Shown here: piece after piece, positions 58,561 through 64,000 of the stretch
Layout of the letters: each line of letters opens with the position of its first letter
How positions within the stretch are numbered: position 1 is the first letter of the stretch
Origin: Eledone cirrhosa
Lineage: Eukaryota
Direction: 5' to 3'
NCBI GenBank assembly: GCA_964016885.1
Contig: OZ024742.1
Coordinates: 334,180,001-334,244,000, forward strand
Length of the DNA: 64,000 bases
Position numbers and translations under genes: made by a program
Notes under the pieces: generated by a model
Told to the model about the DNA's origin: nothing
The model's input: only the letters and a program-made list of their open reading frames with translations
Databases searched by the model: none

Positions 58561-61426
58561 TTGCTATTGTATTAGTAACCAAAATGAGAAACCATTGTTA
58601 TTATTACTATTGTATTAGTAACCAAAATGAGAAACCATTGTTATTATTACTGTTGTATTAGTAACCAAAATGAGAAACCATTGTTATTATTACTATTGTA
58701 TTAGTAACCAAAATGAGAAACCATTGTTATTATTACTATTGTATTAGTAACCAAAATGAGAAACCATTGTTATTATTACTATTGTATTAGTAACCAAAAT
58801 GAGAAACCATTGTTATTATTACTATTGTATTAGTAACCAAAATGAGAAACCATTGTTATTATTACTATTGTATTAGTAACCAAAATGAGAAACCATTGTT
58901 ATTATTACTATTGTATTAGTAACCAAAATGAGAAACCATTGTTATTATTACTATTGTATTAGTAACCAAAATGAGAAACCATTGTTATTATTACTATTGT
59001 ATTAGTAACCAAAATGAGAAACCATTGTTATTATTACTATTGTATTAGTAACCAAAATGAGAAACCATTGTTATTATTACTATTGTATTAGTAACCAAAA
59101 TGAGAAACCATTGTTATTATTACTATTGTATTAGTAACCAAAATGAGAAACCATTGTTATTATTACTATTGTATTAGTAACCAAAATGAGAAACCATTGT
59201 TATTATTACTATTGTATTAGTAACCAAAATGAGAAACCATTGTTATTATTACTATTGTATTAGTAACCAAAATGAGAAACCATTGTTATTATTACTATTG
59301 TATTAGTAACCAAAATGAGAAACCATTGTTATTATTACTATTGTATTAGTAACCAAAATGAGAAACCATTGTTATTATTACTATTGTATTAGTAACCAAA
59401 ATGAGAAACCATTGTTATTATTACTATTGTATTAGTAACCAAAAGGAGAAACCATTGTTATTATTACTATTGTATTAGTAACCAAAATGAGAAACCATTG
59501 TTATTATTACTATTGTATTAGTAACCAAAATGAGAAACCATTGTTATTATTACTATTGTATTAGTAACCAAAATGAGAAACCATTGTTATTATTACTATT
59601 GTATTAGTAACCAAAATGAGAAACCATTGTTATTATTACTATTGTATTAGTAACCAAAATGAGAAAACATTGTTATTATTACTATTGTATTAGTAACCAA
59701 AATGAAACCATTGTTATTATTACTATTGTATTAGTAACCAAAATGAGAAACCATTGTTATTATTACTATTGTATTAGTAACCAAAATGAGAAACCATTGT
59801 TATTATTACTATTGTATTAGTAACCAAAATGAAACCATTGTTATTATTACTATTGTATTAGTAACCAAAATGAGAAACCATTGTTATTATTACTATTGTA
59901 TTAGTAACCAAAATGAGAAAACATTGTTATTATTACTATTGTATTAGTAACCAAAATGAAACCATTGTTATTATTGCTATTGTATTAGTAACCAAAATGA
60001 GAAACCATTGTTATTATTACTATTGTATTAGTAACCAAAATGAGAAACCATTGTTATTATTACTATTGTATTAGTAACCAAAATGAGAAACCATTGTTAT
60101 TATTGCTATTGTATTAGTAACCAAAATGAGAAACCATTGTTATTATTACTATTGTATTAGTAACCAAAATGAGAAACCATTGTTATTATTACTATTGTAT
60201 TAGTAACCAAAATGAGAAACCATTGTTATTATTACTATTGTATTAGTAACCAAAATGAGAAAACATTGTTATTATTACTATTGTATTAGTAACCAAAATG
60301 AAACCATTGTTATTATTACTATTGTATTAGTAACCAAAATGAGAAACCATTGTTATTATTACTATTGTATTAGTAACCAAAATGAGAAACCATTGTTATT
60401 ATTACTATTGTATTAGTAACCAAAATGAAACCATTGTTATTATTACTATTGTATTAGTAACCAAAATGAGAAACCATTGTTATTATTACTATTGTATTAG
60501 TAACCAAAATGAGAAAACATTGTTATTATTACTATTGTATTAGTAACCAAAATGAAACCATTGTTATTATTGCTATTGTATTAGTAACCAAAATGAGAAA
60601 CCATTGTTATTATTACTATTGTATTAGTAACCAAAATGAGAAACCATTGTTATTATTACTATTGTATTAGTAACCAAAATGAGAAACCATTGTTATTATT
60701 GCTATTGTATTAGTAACCAAAATGAGAAACCATTGTTATTATTACTATTGTATTAGTAACCAAAATGAGAAACCATTGTTATTATTACTATTGTATTAGT
60801 AACCAAAATGAGAAACCATTGTTATTATTACTATTGTATTAGTAACCAAAATGAGAAAACATTGTTATTATTACTATTGTATTAGTAACCAAAATGAAAC
60901 CATTGTTATTATTACTATTGTATTAGTAACCAAAATGAGAAACCATTGTTATTATTACTATTGTATTAGTAACCAAAATGAGAAACCATTGTTATTATTA
61001 CTATTGTATTAGTAACCAAAATGAGAAACCATTGTTATTATTGCTATTGTATTAGTAACCAAAATGAGCCAAAATGAGAAACCATTGTTATTATTGCTAT
61101 TGTATTAGTAACCAAAATGAGAAAACATTGTTATTATTACTATTGTATTAGTAACCAAAATGAAACCATTGTTATTATTACTATTGTATTAGTAACCAAA
61201 ATGAGAAACCATTGTTATTATTACTATTGTATTAGTAACCAAAATGAGAAACCATTGTTATTATTACTATTGTATTAGTAACCAAAATGAGAAACCATTG
61301 TTATTATTGCTATTGTATTAGTAACCAAAATGAGCCAAAATGAGAAACCATTGTTATTATTGCTATTGTATTAGTAACCAAAATGAGCCAAAATGAGAAA
61401 CCATTGTTATTATTACTATTGTATTA
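58536..61426 (+). repeat. 43-bp tandem satellite (CCAAAATGAGAAACCATTGTTATTATTACTATTGTATTAGTAA), ~67 units
   Basis: Directly visible and highly homogeneous. Confidence 0.97.
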
Positions 61427-63147
61427 ACATTTTTTGACACAAATATCTTTGTTTCGTAAGTTTTTGTTGATTTTTATTGATTTCTCCTGGAATGGTTGAA
61501 ATACTATTTGAAAATAATAGGATATTCCCGGAGAAAAGGAAATGATTTGAAACTCTTTGCGTCTCTCCTAATTGGTGAAAACAGCTTTTTCTTCCACCTT
61601 CCATTACCAACAGACATATTCTTTTAAATAAAAATTGTCAACAAATTCAATGTTTATAGAAAGTGGAGCGATGGAAGGCAGTTAGAATAACCCTTGTAAC
61701 ACTGCATGTGTGTGTGAGAGAAAGGGGGGAATGTGTGTGCATGGGTGACAGAGAGAAAGAGGGCGAATGATGAGAGGGTGTGTGCGTGAGAGAGAGAAAG
61801 AGAGACTGTGTGTGTGAGGATGAGTATGTGCGGTTTCGACGGTTCCGTTGACACGAATGATTGAATTGCTTATCAACCAATTAGACCAGAATTACCTCCC
61901 CTCTATCACATCACTAATACATCTCCTGAACACTGAAAACCGCAGAACTGTAACACCGACTGCCAACCGGTAGAAACAATAGTTTATAACTTTGCCTATT
62001 AATCCGTATGGTAAGCAAATGGGGTCCCACGTGTGGGCCTCCCCACAGCCCCGACGGACAGGATAGAGAAGGCGTTTCCCAGGAGGATTGTAAGGGAGAT
62101 GCGCTGGAAGAGCCATTCCAACTCGCGCGGCTAACACCTACGGCTGGCCAGCTCACGCCTATGGTGGTGAATAGGGAGGTTCTAAACCCTTGACGAACGA
62201 TAAAGATTCTTCACGTTTAAAATTTTCTTAGATTCAAGCAATTGTAATATGTGGCAATGGATGCAGGGTTTAAATTTGAATAATTTACATGTATGTTTTG
62301 GACCTCTGTCGATACCAGGAGGTTCAGGTCAATCGAACAAATGTATAGCTTGCTACTGAAATTAACTTACTATGCCTGAGAATTTCTCAGTCGCGTGTAT
62401 CATTAATGTAGTTTTCAGCGAGATTCAACATGACACAAGTGTGATAAAGCTGACCTTCTAATACACAACTGTTGTAACATTATAACATTAGCGCCAAACA
62501 TTTGTCTGTTTAAAAAGTTTACAAAAGCAAAGAAATGGTTTTATCAGTAGAATTAAGTGAGAAATGTAGCCGCAAGTATTGAGGGAGATATTGTATTTCC
62601 CAGGAAGAAACATCCGCATTTTTTCAAAGCGTTTGGATATGCATTTTTTGTGAGTATAATTTACAATGTATGGTTTTCTTTTAGTTGCCTGAGGGTCCTT
62701 TCAGAGTGACTCTTTATGTATCGATATTGCCAACCTTTGTTGCACGGGTCCTTCCTCCCCCGCTCCTTTCATGCTGGAAGCACCAATTTCTACATCTCTA
62801 ACTCAGAATAGTGCTGTACTTTCCTTTTTCGATGTATTGTATTACATTTTTCTTTTGATTTGTCTATTTTTTTTACTTGTGGGACCTGGCTGAATATTTA
62901 TCTTTATCACAATCAACCTCGATTTCCTAACTACTTTTAAATAAGCTAATCATGTGCTCCTTCATCCGTATGTGCAGTACATACGTATCAAGGAGCAGAT
63001 GGCGTGGAGAGCTGTTTCTGTTAAAAAAACATCTCAACAGATGCCGCAGCTAAGACATTGAGGTCACTTAGAGGCGAGATAAAGGAATATAGGCAATTTG
63101 GAAATCAAAGAGGCCATTATCATAAGTCGTGAAAGAACAAAAATAAA

Positions 63148-63330
63148 TAATTGTTTCTACTATTGACACAAGGCCAGCAATTACCCAGTACATTACTGGT
63201 ACTTTATTTTATCGACCCCGTAAGGATGAAAGGCAAAGTTAACCTCGGCGGGATTTGAACTCAGAATGGCAAGGGCGGTAACTATATGCGTCAAAGCATG
63301 ACGTCCGACACTCTACTGATACTGCCAATT
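63148..63330 (-). mobile_element. Family-A SINE, nearly full length
   Basis: Tail, core, B-box and A-box. Confidence 0.88.
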
Positions 63331-64000
63331 CTGGAAATACACGAAGGAGACAGGTTGCTATAGCGATTGACGCATGCGTATTTCAGATACACACATCCAT
63401 TGTTCGACTTGCTTTGAACTGTTTCAGCCCCACATTTCAATATTATTGGGTTAAACATTATTATGTTCTGTTTTATTTGTCATCATTTTTCTACCACTTT
63501 TTGAAAATTATCTGATTATCTATCTTTACTTCATATCTCACAATGCTTCGTATTAACTACACTACTTTATACACACACACACAGAAACACACATAAACAC
63601 ACACACACACACACACACACTTCAGACACACACATATATATAGGTATATATAAAGTTGTAGTTCCTGCCTGTTTGTTTGTTGGATGGTTGGTTGGTTCAC
63701 GAACTCCTCCTATGGTTTTGGAGATAGACCCCTTTAACTATATATATTCTGAAACCACATTGCCCAGGGTACTTGGATAAGTTTATTTTATTTTAATCAA
63801 AGGGATCTCCCGGGGCACAAACCCCCGCTGAAAATGTTTTCCTTTCGGTTTATATGGAATTTAAAACATAGGTAAATGACCAATTTCAATAATATTAAGA
63901 CACCCTTAATGGTTAAAATTTTGAAAGCCCATAACTTGAGTATTGGAAGCACTGTTATCACGGGGCTTTTCTATTAATTAAACATAAATTAACAAATAAT

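Noticed and set aside
58536-61426. CRISPR-like regular repeat
   Set aside because: Head-to-tail identical units with no unique spacers, no cas genes and a eukaryotic context.
63645-64000. Possible Helitron/Helentron-like 5' end (ATATAAAG...TGTTTGTTTG...)
   Set aside because: Only a weak resemblance, and the diagnostic 3' end would lie outside the window.

Overview
AT-rich, microsatellite-dense animal genomic DNA. The SINE and (AT)n/(CA)n landscape suggests a coleoid cephalopod such as octopus, which is an inference. No host protein-coding gene can be called with confidence. The first ~12.4 kb is a 33-bp minisatellite that stays in one open frame encoding a Thr/Ser/Ala/Val mucin-like 11-mer. 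The rest is a repeat mosaic: many tRNA-derived SINEs, two hAT/Charlie-type MITEs, a probable piggyBac-type MITE, RTE-LINE scraps, a 43-bp satellite apparently amplified from a SINE tail, and decayed Penelope-like elements (PLEs; RT and GIY-YIG). The most striking feature is a dense set of minimal type-I hammerhead ribozyme (HHR) motifs from roughly 8-9 different sequence families, almost all in elements inserted into (AT)n tracts. They include two non-coding retrozyme-like units: a 594-bp unit with a U3-A8 covariant core whose 5' end lies at its own cleavage site, and a 466-bp circularly permuted, inverted unit. Several short snap-back palindromes are centred on HHR helix II/GAAA. All ribozyme folds were read by eye and are untested.
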